From Girardia tigrina (Eukaryota), in assembly GCA_001938485.1 (NCBI GenBank), contig MQRK01234575.1, positions 1 to 64,000 of the forward strand: DNA of 64,000 nucleotides, read 5' to 3'. Of this stretch, positions 15,101 through 30,100 are shown piece after piece; the stretch's first letter is position 1; every line of letters starts with the position of its first letter. A program made the translations under genes and the position numbers. Below the pieces are notes generated by a model. It did not search any database. It saw nothing but the letters and a program-made list of their open reading frames with translations, and was not told the DNA's origin.

Positions 15101-18100
15101 GTATTACAAAGACTTATTCCTTATATTCTATACTTTTCCTCGACATACAATGAACTAAAATAAAAAAAGACACGAAAGAAATGTAGATATGAAGAAGTTA
15201 TTAAAAGAGAATCTTTTTGGTAAAGTAAATTGATTGAATGCAATTTAATGTATTAATTTCTGTTTCTATTCAATTATTACCTGGGTTTTATTCGACTATT
15301 TGTGTCGACATCTGTGGAATTTTTGGTGAGATTAATAATTTTCTGCTGCGTGATTGGTGGCAGGCAACTGGATATGGCACCGAGAATCTGTGGATGCAAA
15401 CTATGCAGTTTCAGCAACAATCCATTCGATATCTGAAAGTACATTGACGATTCTTTCGTAAATTATTTTCATAAAAACATTTTGTAGATGTGTTTGTATT
15501 TTTATAAAAAATGATTGTACATATAAATTTCTTTAAAATCTTTTTCAATTTTAAATTATTAATAATTCGAGTCGATATATTCCTCATTTTAAGTTTTGAC
15601 AAAGAAAAATTATCCGAAGTCGATAAAAAATAATTTATAATCAGTTACAAATTGAATCAATAATTATAAATAATTACCATAAATAATGAGTAAACAATTT
15701 ACATTAACATATATCGTCCGAGATTTACAAATCTATGGAAAGCCAATTTTCTAAACTTTCTGTGTTTTATATTGAGTGAATACAACGGTACAAAGTGTAC
15801 CAAGTTCTATTCTCGAGTTTCCGAATGTTTCAAGAGTCAAATTAATCATCATATCAACAAATTTTTTAAAGTCCTTCCCAAATTTTTTTAATGCATTAAA
15901 AATATCCACTTTCTATTTTTTGAATTCAGACAGATACGTTTTTACCTTTACAGTACAATGTTCCAACAATGTTCTTCAAGTTCCAATCAAAATAATTTAT
16001 GCACAACATTCATCAGTTCAAACAAACAAATTTTTATTTAATTTTAATTTTTTTATTTAATTTTTCAAAATTACGAAAATAAAATTTTTTTCTTTATAAT
16101 TTTTTGACCTTATTTTATCTTAAAGGATTAATAACACCTAAGAGTGATTATAAAACAATAATTACAACCGATATTGATAGTAATAATAATAAATAACAAT
16201 CGATAATGTACCAGAATGTCTTTGACTGCGCGATCAATAAACATCCACCCTCATCTATCAGCTATGTCATCATTACTCATTCGATATCTCTCAAAACAGT
16301 CTCTTCTCGTATGAATGAAGATTAAGAACACCGCCCTACTCCTACACTAGGGGGTTGACTTTTTTTACTTTTTCTCCTTAAAATTAATGGGTATATTTTT
16401 AAAAGCTGACATTGTTGCATATATTTATAAAAATGCATATCTTGAGACATTTTATTGCAAAAATATTGCAAAAAAACATGTATTTGTTTTCTGTAATAAT
16501 TTTTATAATTAAGATAAAAATTAAAGCGTTTTATAATTGCTTTTTTAACATTTTTTAATGTGTGGCATGACACAAATTAACGTAAAAAATAATTTTAAGT
16601 ATGCATCGTTTGAATCCATCAAATGTTAGTTATTTCTACAAGCGTAAGATTTAATTATTGTTGTTAACAGTGAAATTAAACGAGCTCCAATGAAGGTGTT
16701 TTTGTGTTAACTGGATATTATCTGAATTTCCCATGTCACTTAAAAGTTTATCAATTTGCTTTATATTTTAGAATGTCTAGAATAAGCTCCGAGAAAGCTA
16801 AAGTACCTGAAAATATCAATGCCTGGAAAAAAAATCTAGCCCACTTTGAGAAATCAAAATCAACAAAATCTCGCATATCCAAAGTTTTGCAGTCACTTCA
16901 TAATGTGAATAAAATTACAAAAGCTTATTCTGTTATTGGTCGGTTTAATTACTTATCAAATTTAGATAAATCAGTTTATTCAAAATGTAAGACACAGAAT
17001 TATTTGATTAATTGCTTAAACTGAGTTTACAAAAATTTATAAAATACCTATAACAAAAAAGTAGAAAATCTTATTAAGAAATATCATTCTGTTCAAAAAA
17101 CTAAATAATGTTTTAAAGAAAAGTTGAATTATTTATTTGACATAACCAAAGTGAATGCTAACTGGCTGAGCAATAAAGACAAGAAATTTTATTTCTTACA
17201 GTTGAAAACTGATTGTAAAGCTGGTTATTGCACTTCAAAACTGTTAAAGTACATTCTTCTAAGGCTGGCAGGAAGAGACCTATCATACCTGAAACAGATA
17301 CAGTAGAGGTCACTGATGACAATAAAGAAGACTTTAACAAGATGATGGGCAAGATCATGATTATATTCCACCAGACAAAAAAAAAGAAAGTATGAGAACA
17401 GCACTGTGGCTGTTAACTTAGTTAAGAAGTCAGAACTAACTATTAAAAGGTCAGCAGAGGTTTACAAAAGTTTATCTGAATGGGGTGCTAATGTGCAAAC
17501 GCAATTTGAATCTGGGGTTTATAGAGCTACAGTGTCAGAAGGTAAAAATGGAAAAGCACTTGATTAATCATCTAAAAATGATGATTGGATGTTGCACTTT
17601 GACAGTAAAAGAATTTTCGGAAATGAGTATCAAGTCTTGATTTTAAAAATGCAGAAAAGGAGGTAAAGCTAACCATTTTAAAATTGGTCAATGCAAATAT
17701 GGAGTAGCATTAAAGTTATGATATCTGAAACTACACGTGTTAATACTAGGAGTAAAAATAGAGTTGTAATCCAACTTCAAAGAGAATTTAAAAGAAAAAA
17801 TCTTGAAACAATTCAATTTATTGCTTGTCAGCATCATTTGCTAGATTAAAATTTGAAGCATACAATGAATAAAAATTAAGACTAAGGAAAAAGCTCATCG
17901 ACAGAAATATATTACAAATTTAATGAAAACTTGAAAAAAACTATGAAAATTTAAAATCATGTTTTAAGCAAGGTGAAAAAAATTGTAAAGTGAGGACTAA
18001 TAAATGGAGAGATGATATGGACTTTTTGTTTGACTTGGTACAAAGTTACCGATACATGAAAGTGGATAGCAGCTATCCAGCTGTAAAATTCAAGTCTGCC

Positions 18101-21100
18101 ATCATTGCACAATGCCCGATTGAATTCAAGAACAATCTATGCTCTTCTGGCATGTATTTTAAATGATGCGAATAATAATCAATTGCGTTTGATTTGTGAC
18201 TTCATAGTATCAACCTGATCTGACAAATGGTTTACTGACATGCAGTACTCTGAACATGATTTTAAAAATTTAGAACAAACAATAATTTCAATTTCCGATA
18301 TGAATTTTGATCTCAGGAGCCAAGCAGAATTCAGAGATTCAATATTTGTGCCGAAAGAGTCATAAAAATTATGCAAGAAATTAATGCCAAAGACATTGAC
18401 AAGATGAACTACAGATTTATTCTGCACAAAAACTTTTAAATTTCAATGAACTGAAAGCTTTGTAAAAATAAGTTGCTATTTCTATGTCAATTTGTCGATT
18501 TTTATGATTTTTAACAAAAATATTTTTTTAATTACGGGGGTCATTTTTGTATATTTAGTCAGTAAAACTTTTATAATTAGTAATCTCATGTAGAATGTCA
18601 TATTTTAGTACTATATCCAAGTATAGTTGTTAAAAAATCAACCCCCTATTGTGCCCTTTCTTTTCTCCAATCTTACTTCTTTACATATGTTCTCTTCTAA
18701 TTCATGTTCATTTCTTCTGTTTATTATCTTTTTATACACAAAAATATTTTTCAGTTGGATTATCCAGTAGCACTTTCAGTAGTACAATTTGTCGTCGGCA
18801 ACATATCTTTTTACATCATAGCCCTCATCCGTAAAAGTTGATCAAACACTTTGTACTAACTGACTTTATTTTTTAAAATTGTATGAATTTCTCATATTAG
18901 CAAGCGAAAAATATAAAATCAATTTAGAAATAAATATGATTAATTAAAATTATGAAAAGGAAGCTATTTTCCGTTATTCTCAGATAGACATATTATCCTA
19001 TTGATTAGAAAAAAATGAATTATACCCCGATTCAATTTTTTGCAATTCACAAAATATCTAGTTTCTCAACAATCTATATATAATGTTATATATCATTCGA
19101 TAGGGAATTTAAAACTGCATATTAAATATTCAACACATCTTTGTTTTAACGTATTACTTTAATTGTCTTTCCAATTTTGCATTTTTGAAAGTTGTAAATC
19201 GATTCAAAATTTTTGCATTAGTAAAAAAAAGTAAGCTGTTGTTTTTAATTTTAAAACTATATTAGTAATTTCATTTTTTACAAATCTTTAGATGACTTTA
19301 TCATCTGAATTACGAAATTTAATTTATGAAAAATTAAGGGAGAACATGACCAAAGTCGACATTGCTAAGGCATATAATGTAAATTTAAGGACCGTATATG
19401 GCATTCAAAGGCAAGGAGTAGAACCCAAACCTTCTGTTAAACGTTCGAAGAACGCTAGGAAATCAAAAGAAGTTGTTAGAAGGGCTGTTAATGCATTCAA
19501 AANNNNNNNNNNNNNNNNNNNNNNNNNNNNNNNNNNNNNNNNNNNNNNNNNNAAAATGAGCGCACATCTTGCACTAAAATAGCTAATAAAATTATTACAC
19601 CTTTCTCTAAAAGTACTGTGAGACGAAACTTAATCTCACTAGGTTATAAATATGTTCCTAGTGTATGTTCCCTAATTTTAAGTGATGCTCAAAAAAAACA
19701 GCGCGTGAAAATGGTTAGAAGCTACATAACGCAGCGCATTGATTTTCATAAAGTAGTATTTACTGATGAATCTCGTTTTTCTTTGGACGGTAATGATAAT
19801 TATCATACCTGGTAAAAAAAACTCACGACCTATTGTCAATAGGAGACCTTACAAATGAGGATCCATAATGGTATGGGGTGCTATGACTTATACAGGTCAA
19901 TTACTACTGCGTATAATCGAAGGAAACTTAAACAGCGAGAAATATTGTGATCTTCTCAGAGATGATATTTTCCCTGTCTTAAAATCATCAATGGAGTCAT
20001 TTATATTTCAACAAGACAACGCTCCGTGTCACACAAGTAAATATACGATCAGTACCATTGAGGAGGAAGGCCTTGAAATTTTAAAATGGAAGCTCATAGT
20101 CCAGATATCAGTCAAATTGAGAAAATTTGGTCCATATTAAAGAACAGTGTATGAAAATACTCAGTTTAAGGATAAACAGTCTCTTTGGTCCAAAATCGAA
20201 AGTGAGGGAGAAAAGTAGACCACAAACGAACGAGATCTTTTTCAAAGGTTATATGCAAGATTTTACGAAAATATGTGTGACATATTGTGCTCAAATGGTG
20301 AACTTATAAAATAAGTGTATTTTATAATAATAAATGTAATTTATTATTAAGTTGAGTGCCTTGAAGTATAGTGCAAAAATAATGAACCGTTTTTAATGTC
20401 CCAATTTTATAATAAAGATATTTCAAAGAAAAATATGTAAGTAAAGAAAATGGTGAATATAACGTCTAATAGACATTTAAATTAGCTATTGAATGACATA
20501 TAACATTCCATATATAGCGTGATGCAATTAGATAATTTATCAATTGCAAAAAAAAATTGAATCGGGGTATATTATATATCTTTATTATCATTTGAAAATC
20601 TACTACTACCATTTTAAATAAAAAAATAGTGAATAATTTATTGATCTAAAAAAATTAAATGGGAAATTTAAAAATTAATAACCTTTCTTATTTCTTGCCA
20701 CTTTGACTCAAAAATCCATTCTACAATGATATTGATGGTTGGAGTGAGACTCACTAGAGACTGCTCAAGGATATTGGTGGGAGCCACAATGATGACAGTT
20801 TTGAAAAACCCTATGATAGACAATTTGAATTTCATACTAGTATTTTGATAACTGTCAACAATCACTCGACAACATTCCCGAATTTGAAGATCCAAAGGGA
20901 AACTTGACCTAATTAATACACAAATATTAGTAGTGACCGTAACTGAGTGAAAAGCGATGTGAAAGAATTTTTAGTTTTTTTTAATTAAATTAAATTATAT
21001 TTCACTGGAGAAAGCTGAAATATACAATGATAACATTCCATTGCGGTAATACTATTCCTTTCATCTTAAATTAGTGTGGGAGTAAAGAAAAATGAAATAT

Positions 21101-24100
21101 TGTAGTAACATATAAAGATACATCTAGGCTACATTGTATAGAGACTTTATTTTTTCAGCACAAAAGCAACATTTTAATACTTTGCTTTTAAAATTAATGA
21201 AAATAAAAAAAGATTGAATTGTACTACTACATTAATATTTTTATAACTGCTGTAAATTACAGTTTTACAAAACATTTGGTATTGGATTGAATAATTAGAA
21301 AAATAAGAGAAAGTATTAAAAATGAGTCGAACAAAAATGAACTGAAAGTTATTTAAAGAGTTGCCCAGCAACACCATGATTCTGCTACCACCGGATCTCT
21401 GTGGCGACTTGGAGACTGTCTGAACAGTTACTAGCACAAATTCATTGTATATATATATAGCATAAAATTTGAAAGGGTTATGTCAAAAAAATAAGAAAAA
21501 TGTAAGACGAAATATATAATTTGATAAATAAATTGATATTCCTTTAATCGGTCACCTGCAAGAAGATTTAAGAAAATAAGAAACATTAAAAGATGAAACT
21601 GAAGGAGACATGATATTCACAAACAAAGAATTGAAAATATCAATAAATTATAACGAAAATAAATTGTATAGATCGGTAAATTAGTTATTGAATGCACTTA
21701 AAAGTAAAGATTACCGATAAATTTGAAGACTACTTATGAATATTGTAAATATAAATAATATCGGTATTAGGAAGCGCCTTTCAATAAACAAATTACATTA
21801 CATATAAAACTTTAGAACAAGACTTCACATAATACAGCAAATCAATGAATCTGGTTAGGTTCATATAATTACAAACATTATCTTATCTATGTATATTTTG
21901 TAATGAAAATCAAAACAGAACATTGTAACATTTAAAATAAATAAAAGATGTCTTAAATCTTGTACTAAAATAACTTTTACATAAATATTCGACATTCGAA
22001 ATAAACTAATTAGAGTGCTTGAAATTTAGTATGTCTCTTTAACATGTCAACATTTAAAAATATTTGATGTTTACAGGCAATTGTTGCCTTACAAGAAACC
22101 TTTTTTCAAAGCACGTTCCCACAGTACTATTTCTGGAGATAAACTAAATTGCCAGGAGTGGTATTTCTTAAATAAAGGCATGACTTATACAGTGGACAGT
22201 CATGCAAGGACATCTTAGTGAGACATATAAGTTGTACGCCATGGCACTTAACATGTTAACATATTATACCATATTTAACCGGTAAAGTGATGGAAGCTTG
22301 AATTTCAGTATTTTTCTTAAGTTATCTTTTTCTAATATATATATAAAGAATACTTACGAAAATGTTTTGTAAATTACAAATTGCAATGAAAAGTGAGCTG
22401 AAATTAGGTTATTGAAAGTTATAAATAAAACGATAATCTGGCAAATTTGTTTTGTCTTTTAATTTGTAATTTTAATTGAAATTTTTGATAATGCTAATGG
22501 ATGCTTATTACTTGACAAGTATATTGCAAATATAAATCTAATTAAGTACCTAATTGTACTGAGTGTTTCTTGTATCGGCTTCTGTCGGCTAGTTAATGTT
22601 TCTGAAGCTTGCTTAGAAATTAAATTTAAGAGAAGTGGATAAAGCCATTCATAGAGATATTGTTTATAATTCTCAATTAGCTGCTGAATACACACCAGGA
22701 AAAAGGGAAAAATCTAAATAGATATAAAATAATTATTTCTTAATATTAATTAGAACACAAAATGCTAAAAATATCTAATAATAATTGGCATCAATCGTTA
22801 TGTGGTTGTAGATAAAAAAAATATTCATATATTATTGTTGAAATATAATTTAATTACAATGTATTATGGTTGGGTATAGTTAGTTTTCGGTCCCCACTCG
22901 GAAAAAAATAAATCCCGGAATCATTAATTTTTTCATCCATCATCCCTAACCCCTAACTTAAACCATAACCCTAACCCTAACCCGGGTGGGGACCCAAAAC
23001 TAACTACCTCATATCACTGATCTGAATGTGGATGAATGGCTTATATGAAAAGTAAAAGGCATTATTATTAAAAGTACAAAATTTTTACAATATAAATGGA
23101 TTTAAATATTTAAATTAAATGATGCTGGATATGTTGATAAAAGCGATAAAATCGCAAGTCTGTTGAAAGAAACACGTATCGATGCACCACTTGCACTATA
23201 AATACTCGTCTGTGAATCGGGAAATCCCTGCTGGCGGCAATGAGATAGATATAATAGTCCTTTAGTTAGTAATTTAACAAATCTTTTGAAACTAATCTAA
23301 AAATTTCGTTGTTTTAAAATTCATTTCATTCTGGAAGACTCAGTGGAATAATCATAAAAAAAATAAAAAATATCATAATAATGAAAATTACATTATAGAA
23401 CATTGTTCTTTTTAATTATAGTCACTTTCAATGAGCGACATTTATTTGATGATAAATCATATCTGTTGGTTTGATATAACCACTAACATATAAAAACACG
23501 TAAAAATCTAAAATTTAATTAATCATGTTTTGACTTTAATTTTAATTTTTGTCCATAAAAAGCAGAGTTGATGTTAAAGAGATACTGGTCAAGGGTTATC
23601 AGAATGGCAGAGAGCACGTCAAATGATAACTTGAGTGTCTTGATTATCCATAATTTATGAGCCGATTTCAATAATTCCCAAGCAGACTAACAATACCAAT
23701 TACACATGGAATGGTTTATGTCACAGACATAATGATTGATAAGAATATTTTATTAATTATATTGCAAAAATAATGTCTAAGATCTTATCGATTGATGGCT
23801 GTAGTAAACATGAAATATTGGCTAAAATAGCAACACAAAATATACATAATTTAATATAATGAAACCTTATAATCTATGTGAAATTCACTGACAAATAAAT
23901 AAATATTAATAAAATTTGATTTCATGTTGGTAGAATGTTGGAAACTAGAATCCATTACAAAAGAATGACTAATCAAAGACGATTACTTGATATAATGATA
24001 ATATAGTACATAATGTATTTATAAAGTGATATTCGATGACGGAATAAATACAAGTAGTCGATAATATATATATTCTACCATTATTCTTTTAATATCACTA

Positions 24101-27100
24101 TACATCTCTATATTTAATGTCCATTATTACGAAAATCATTATTGTTTTCCAGATATTTATTTTAATTGTAGTTAAAATTGTCTTTGAGACAATTTTCAGT
24201 AAAGCTTTCGTAACTTGACATCTCGCTAAATTGTTAAGATAAGATAATTATTCGAACAAATTTTCACTTTAAATTATTTTCAGATTTGATTTTCAAAACT
24301 CTACTTTTAAAATTTTGTTAATAATTTTATTTAAAGATTAATTGAATTTAAAAATTATTTTATTTAAAGAAAAATAATTATTTAACCAATTTAAAATTAA
24401 GTTTAAAATTGTTTACTTTACTAAAATTTTTAATATTCAAATTTCACAAGATTTAATATTTTAAAAGTTGTTAAGTATCTTATGTTATAATTTAAAATGC
24501 AAACTATGCCAAAATAATTATTCTTCACGAAAATATAAAAAAACAATTTTCCATCTTGATAACAGAAACACATTTTCAAATATTAAACTTGATATACAAA
24601 ATTTAAAATATGCCTCATTACTCATTATATATATTATCAGGGGTTGAATGGATGATCTCAAATTCATTTAGGTTTTCTATAAATTAAAATATTCAAGATC
24701 TAATACCAATCTTTTTTTAATTTTTCATTCATTCTGAAGCAGTGTCTGAGCATGTTGTATGACTATTGTAAACTGACAAACGTCTGAAACTTTAAAAAAG
24801 TATACTTCCTTTGACTCTTTGACCTCTATTAAAACATTATTGACTTTCTATTTTCCAGTTTGGTGTGAGAATCTAAGTGTTTTGTATTAAGAATCATGAT
24901 TGACTTTAAACAATCCTCAACACTCCTTTTCAAAATTTGTATTGCTCAAATCCACAAATTCATTCAGTTAATAGAGTTACTCATACATGTTTACTCATGT
25001 AAATTTTATGAAGATCATTCCACGAATTGTTTCAACGGATTGCGAAACACCAAGCCCAATTGGCAAAACAAAATTGGAGTAAGGAATATAGACAACATTC
25101 AGAATGCTTTAAAATTATATGAACTTTCTAACATTTATTCAAATACAAAAATAGTTCACAATAAATTTAAAATCAATCATTGTTTCTTTTTTGTGTTTAG
25201 GATTCTTTAATACATTTTAACAATAAATATAAAGAGGTTATAATTGGAATTATTTACAATTATTATTGACAAATACTTAAAATAAATACTAAGAGAAAAT
25301 ATATTTTACCTTGCTTTTGGTATCATTGAAAATTGTATTGAGAACTTCTATAAATTTTCTTAGGTCTGATACACTATGTATTAAAAATATTGTTAATTAG
25401 GCCAAGTAATTCAGATCTCAAAAAGTAAAAGTAAATAAACGACTTTAATGAACACTGATATACCACCATTTATTTCTGATATACCAAGATATTTCTTTGG
25501 AACAAAGCACCTATAAAAATATCGATAATGGGAGTATAGTTTTTTCAACAACCTCTTAAGACGAAGACTTCTTTAAAGACTTGAATAACCAATAAAAATA
25601 TTATTAAAATATAACTCCTGAAAATTTGTTAATATAGCTAAGGACGTATTTTAATTAACATTGATCATTAACAATTTCATGCAAAGTAGTTTACAATTAT
25701 TGGGAGATTGAACTGTTACTAACGCTCCAAATCCTTTTACATTACTAATAGCGCGGTGTAATTTATACACCATTGTTAAATTGTAATTTCAGTGAGACGG
25801 TAATTTAAAATATTGAATGTGAAAACTATTTTTAATTTCATAACTTCATTATTATTAAATTTCACAAACGAAATGTATTTTTTTACACATTATCTTCATA
25901 CAAGCTCTGTTTAAATTTACCGAAAAATTTAAATTTTATCGGTATAACACAAAGATACATAAATTTGGTGTAAAAAAATGCAACAGCGCGAGTCATTAAA
26001 ATTAATTCCATTGCCATAAATTGAAAATTGGATTAATAGAAAAGAGACTTTATTACCGACAAAATTCAAACAAGTAATCATGCTTCTTTTCAGACTTTAT
26101 TATTTATTTCGCAGTATGAGGGGTTAATTTAATTTTTCATCTCGCCAGAATAATTTATTATTTTTTAATTTAAAAGGTAAAATATTTTTATGTTAATATG
26201 CTTTTTAAATATTTTAAAAAAAGAAAATTATTTTATAAAAGAAAATCATAAAAAATTAAATATCTATTGAAAAATAAAAAATATCTTTTTAATGTATCTA
26301 TTAAATATCTTAAAATTAAAAATGATAAGAAAACCATTAAATATTCAATTATTTATCTTAAAAATCATATATATAATGTTAATTTACCATTTGATTTAAA
26401 GAAATTAAAAATATAATGTTAATTTATTTTAATTTTATATTCTCAAAAATAATTTATTCAAAATAAAACTCTGTAATTTGCGAATTTCCGGGATTTGAAA
26501 AAAAGTGGTAAATTTGGGAGGGAGGTAAATTATATAGGTATTATTGGTTATGTAATATACATAGAATCGTTTGATAAAAGTATAATTTTTTATATATTTT
26601 GCTATATATGCAAGTTTGTGAAATGGACAATTATCAAAAAAACGAAGAAATTCAAATAATCTTTATTTAAAATCCAAATAAGATTTATTTAAAATAATCA
26701 GTTATTTTTTTGAATTTTTTCAATAAAAAATAAAAAAAATAAAAACGTTGCAATATTTTTTGTATTCTAAAATTAATATAAATTGTACTTCTTCTCTGTG
26801 AAAAGCTATAAAAATAATATCTAAACAATTTGATGAAAAATAAAAACAAATTAAATTTTAGTAGTCAAATTTAATATAAAAAGTTACTATACCAGAAAAG
26901 ATTTTATTAAATAATGGTAAAGAGGTTTGTGAATAATAGAGGTATTTTGCGGAAAAAGCCTGAAATGCAAAAAATATGGTAAATTTGGGAGGGTGGTAAA
27001 TAAAGACAGTTGTAAATAAATAAGTTTGACTGTATTTAAATAACTGAAATATCATATTTTTAATTTAAACCTCTTTGATATTCTTTTTTAACCCTTTCCA

Positions 27101-30100
27101 ACCCATTGTTGCCATATGACAACATATTTGAAAAATTAAATTACAGTTATCTCTTTTATCCAATTTAAACTTTACACATAGTAATAGTTTCTAAAAAGAC
27201 TAATAGTTGACACTACATATATTAGAATGCAAAAAGTGCGATTCTCACTTGTTTTTTAGCAATTTAAATCAACATTGTATTTCAAAAATAATAATTTGGA
27301 CTGGAAAGGGTTAAATTTTAATTTTTAAAAACGTTTTGGATGTTAAATATTTATTGAACATTAATTTTAGATAACATTTTTAAAAATAAATTTCAAAAAT
27401 TTTAATGTTTATCAAAATTTTATTTTAATAAAATATTATACATATTTCTACATCTATTTACACATCTATGTCAATTTTTAAATTATTAAAATCTCAATTT
27501 ATCAGTGAAATTAAAATGAACTAATCAAACGAATATTTTAGGAAGTTTCGTTGTTAAATACTCGAATCAAAAATCTATGTTCTTGTTGCGATTGTAAACC
27601 ATTTTCCTATCTGGTTTTATATATTTAAAACGTTTATGTCTTTGGGAATTGCTAGAAACTAATTTTTCGTAATATAAATCTCTACTCCTTTTGAATTCTT
27701 TCTAAAAAATCAATAAATTTACATAAAATTGGATGACAAACACCAATTTCAACACATATTTTTCTGTGTGCTGCTTCTGCATTCTTATTTGTCCTGTCAA
27801 ATTCCACATCCGAGGAGGAAAAAGAGGAGCATTTCTGTCATTTTTCTTCTAATTGGCCACCCAACATAATTGTCTTTAAAACAATAAAGGAAATAACAGA
27901 GTGCTGAAGTAGTTACTGATGTAGGATAAAAAATACAGTGAAATGACCATTTTAATTCGCAAAACAAAATCAGGGTTTGAATTATATACACTCATCAATA
28001 CAATCCGTTTACTTGTGACTGCACATTACGAGCTAAATAAAAAAAACAACCCTGAATTATAACACATGGAAGACTCTTCTATTACTAAAGGAATATTTTC
28101 GAATGGTATTTATTGTATGTTATGTTTTGTATTTTGTTTTTAGGAATGCTTCTCCAACCCAGATGGTAAATTTATATTTAAATGTTTTGAACTGTCAGAT
28201 TATTCGGGAAACTTAAAAATTCAAATAACAACTAAAAAATGAAATTAATATATTTTAATCAATAAATAGATAATAGTATTATATTCATAAAAAATATATA
28301 TTGAAAATAAAATTAAAATATTTTTGAAAATAATTTTAAATTACTTTGTAAGTTAAATTTGTTTGAATAATTAGAGGTTTAGAAATAGAATTAAAATTTG
28401 TCAATCAAGAACGATGTCTAACTACGAAAGTCTTGTGTAGAATTGTCGTCCTTTATATAGAGATTCCAGTATTTTCCAACGCTGATCAGTCGATTGATGA
28501 AAAACCATTTCTCTTTGGATAGCGACTTTCCCATTGTCATCACCTAAAGAATTCGATAAATGATGACACTTTTCCAGCACATCCGTCAGCTTTTCAACGA
28601 TAGTGAGTTCCTTCGGAGGTACTTTATCCCCAATGCTAATTTCATCCGTCTATAATTATAATATTCACTTCCAGACAGACTAATGCTTTCTGAAGAGCTT
28701 TACGTATCAATAAAAATCGGTGCAGCATGGCATACAAGTAGTTCCATCGCGTTTTAACATCAATCACAATATACGCCTCTTTCCTGTGTTCATATCGAAC
28801 AAACTTTTTGAAGCTGTCATTCTTCAAAGGACTTCGGTGAAAGGCTTTCGCTACCTTCCTTACTTTCGATATGACATTTTCAAATTTTTTGATAAAGTAA
28901 CTTTTTCTATTTTTCTTATATATACAATAAAATTTGTATTTTCAATGTAGTTCTTTGTCATTGACAGAAATTTTTAATTTTCGACATAAAGAAAACTCTT
29001 TACGAAAAAAACACATAAAATACGAAAAACAAATTAAATCCTCAGAACTTCTCAATCTAATAAAAGTTACAACAGGAATATTAAAAAAACCTTAGTTTCC
29101 CTTCGCTATTTTTATAATTTTTATTATTTTAGACTAGCTAATAGTTTGAAGATCAAATTATTTTATAACAAATCGACTAATCTTACTTAATTTTTTTATT
29201 TTGAAGAAGATTTTGAAAATTTATTAACCCATCTTTCTTTTCTGACCAGTGAGATGAAGAGAGTTGACGCAAAATTTCTTGGACATTCTGAATACAAAGA
29301 TTAATTTAGTACTTTATTGGGTGCAAATCAACTTCAGTTGGTTTTATAGCTCGCAAACTCGATTTTGATACTTCAGACGACTCAATGGAAGATGTCTCAC
29401 TGCCATTATCATCGGAGCTATCGAGCCTTCTTCTACTGATCAAACCCTGGAAGTGAATTAAAAAAGATCTAATTACATTTAATTAATACTAACACTATTA
29501 GGTGGCTCAATTCCATTTTCAAATCCCGTGTACAGACCTATTAACATAACGAAATTAGTATTTTTATTTTTCTCCTGAGGTTAATTTAACTTTTTTCTCA
29601 AAAATTACATTTAAACTGCAATTAGATAGGAAAATATTATTGTAAAGATATTAATTTTATTTACTTTGCATTAATATTTAACTAATTGAAAAGATAAAAA
29701 ATTAATAGTTAAAATAATTTTTTGTTAAAACGGGATCAAAAAAGATAACTTAAAGAAATGTTATAATTCCTTAAAGATACGGCTACTGTTACTCTTATTT
29801 TTCTACGAAATACCGATATCTTGCCATGTTATAAACAGTTATTTCGTGTTTAAAATATATATGAAAATAATTAATACACATTGCTTGACAAGCGTCTCAA
29901 AGAAAGTGCCACAATAAATTGCCAGTGTTAATCAGATTACTTATTTTATACAGCGTGTATCACAATTTTCAACTAATGTGAATGTCTGTTTCACAAACAA
30001 ATCGCTTTTTATCAGTGTTTTATTCATTGTTTAATGATGAGTGAATGTCTGTAGACTGGTATCCTGAAGAGATTGTCGAATACATGCACACAGATTGCAC

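Noticed and set aside
15238-15447. Plus-strand ORF as a nested gene (also 5907-6176, 12570-12893, 34538-34933)
   Set aside because: These are antisense shadows of real exons or transposon ORFs.
21480-24080. Further possible PLE relics (21.5-21.9 kb, 23.5-24.1 kb) with a TTCGATGA..GATA motif
   Set aside because: Too degraded to support without an alignment; the hammerhead core is not intact.
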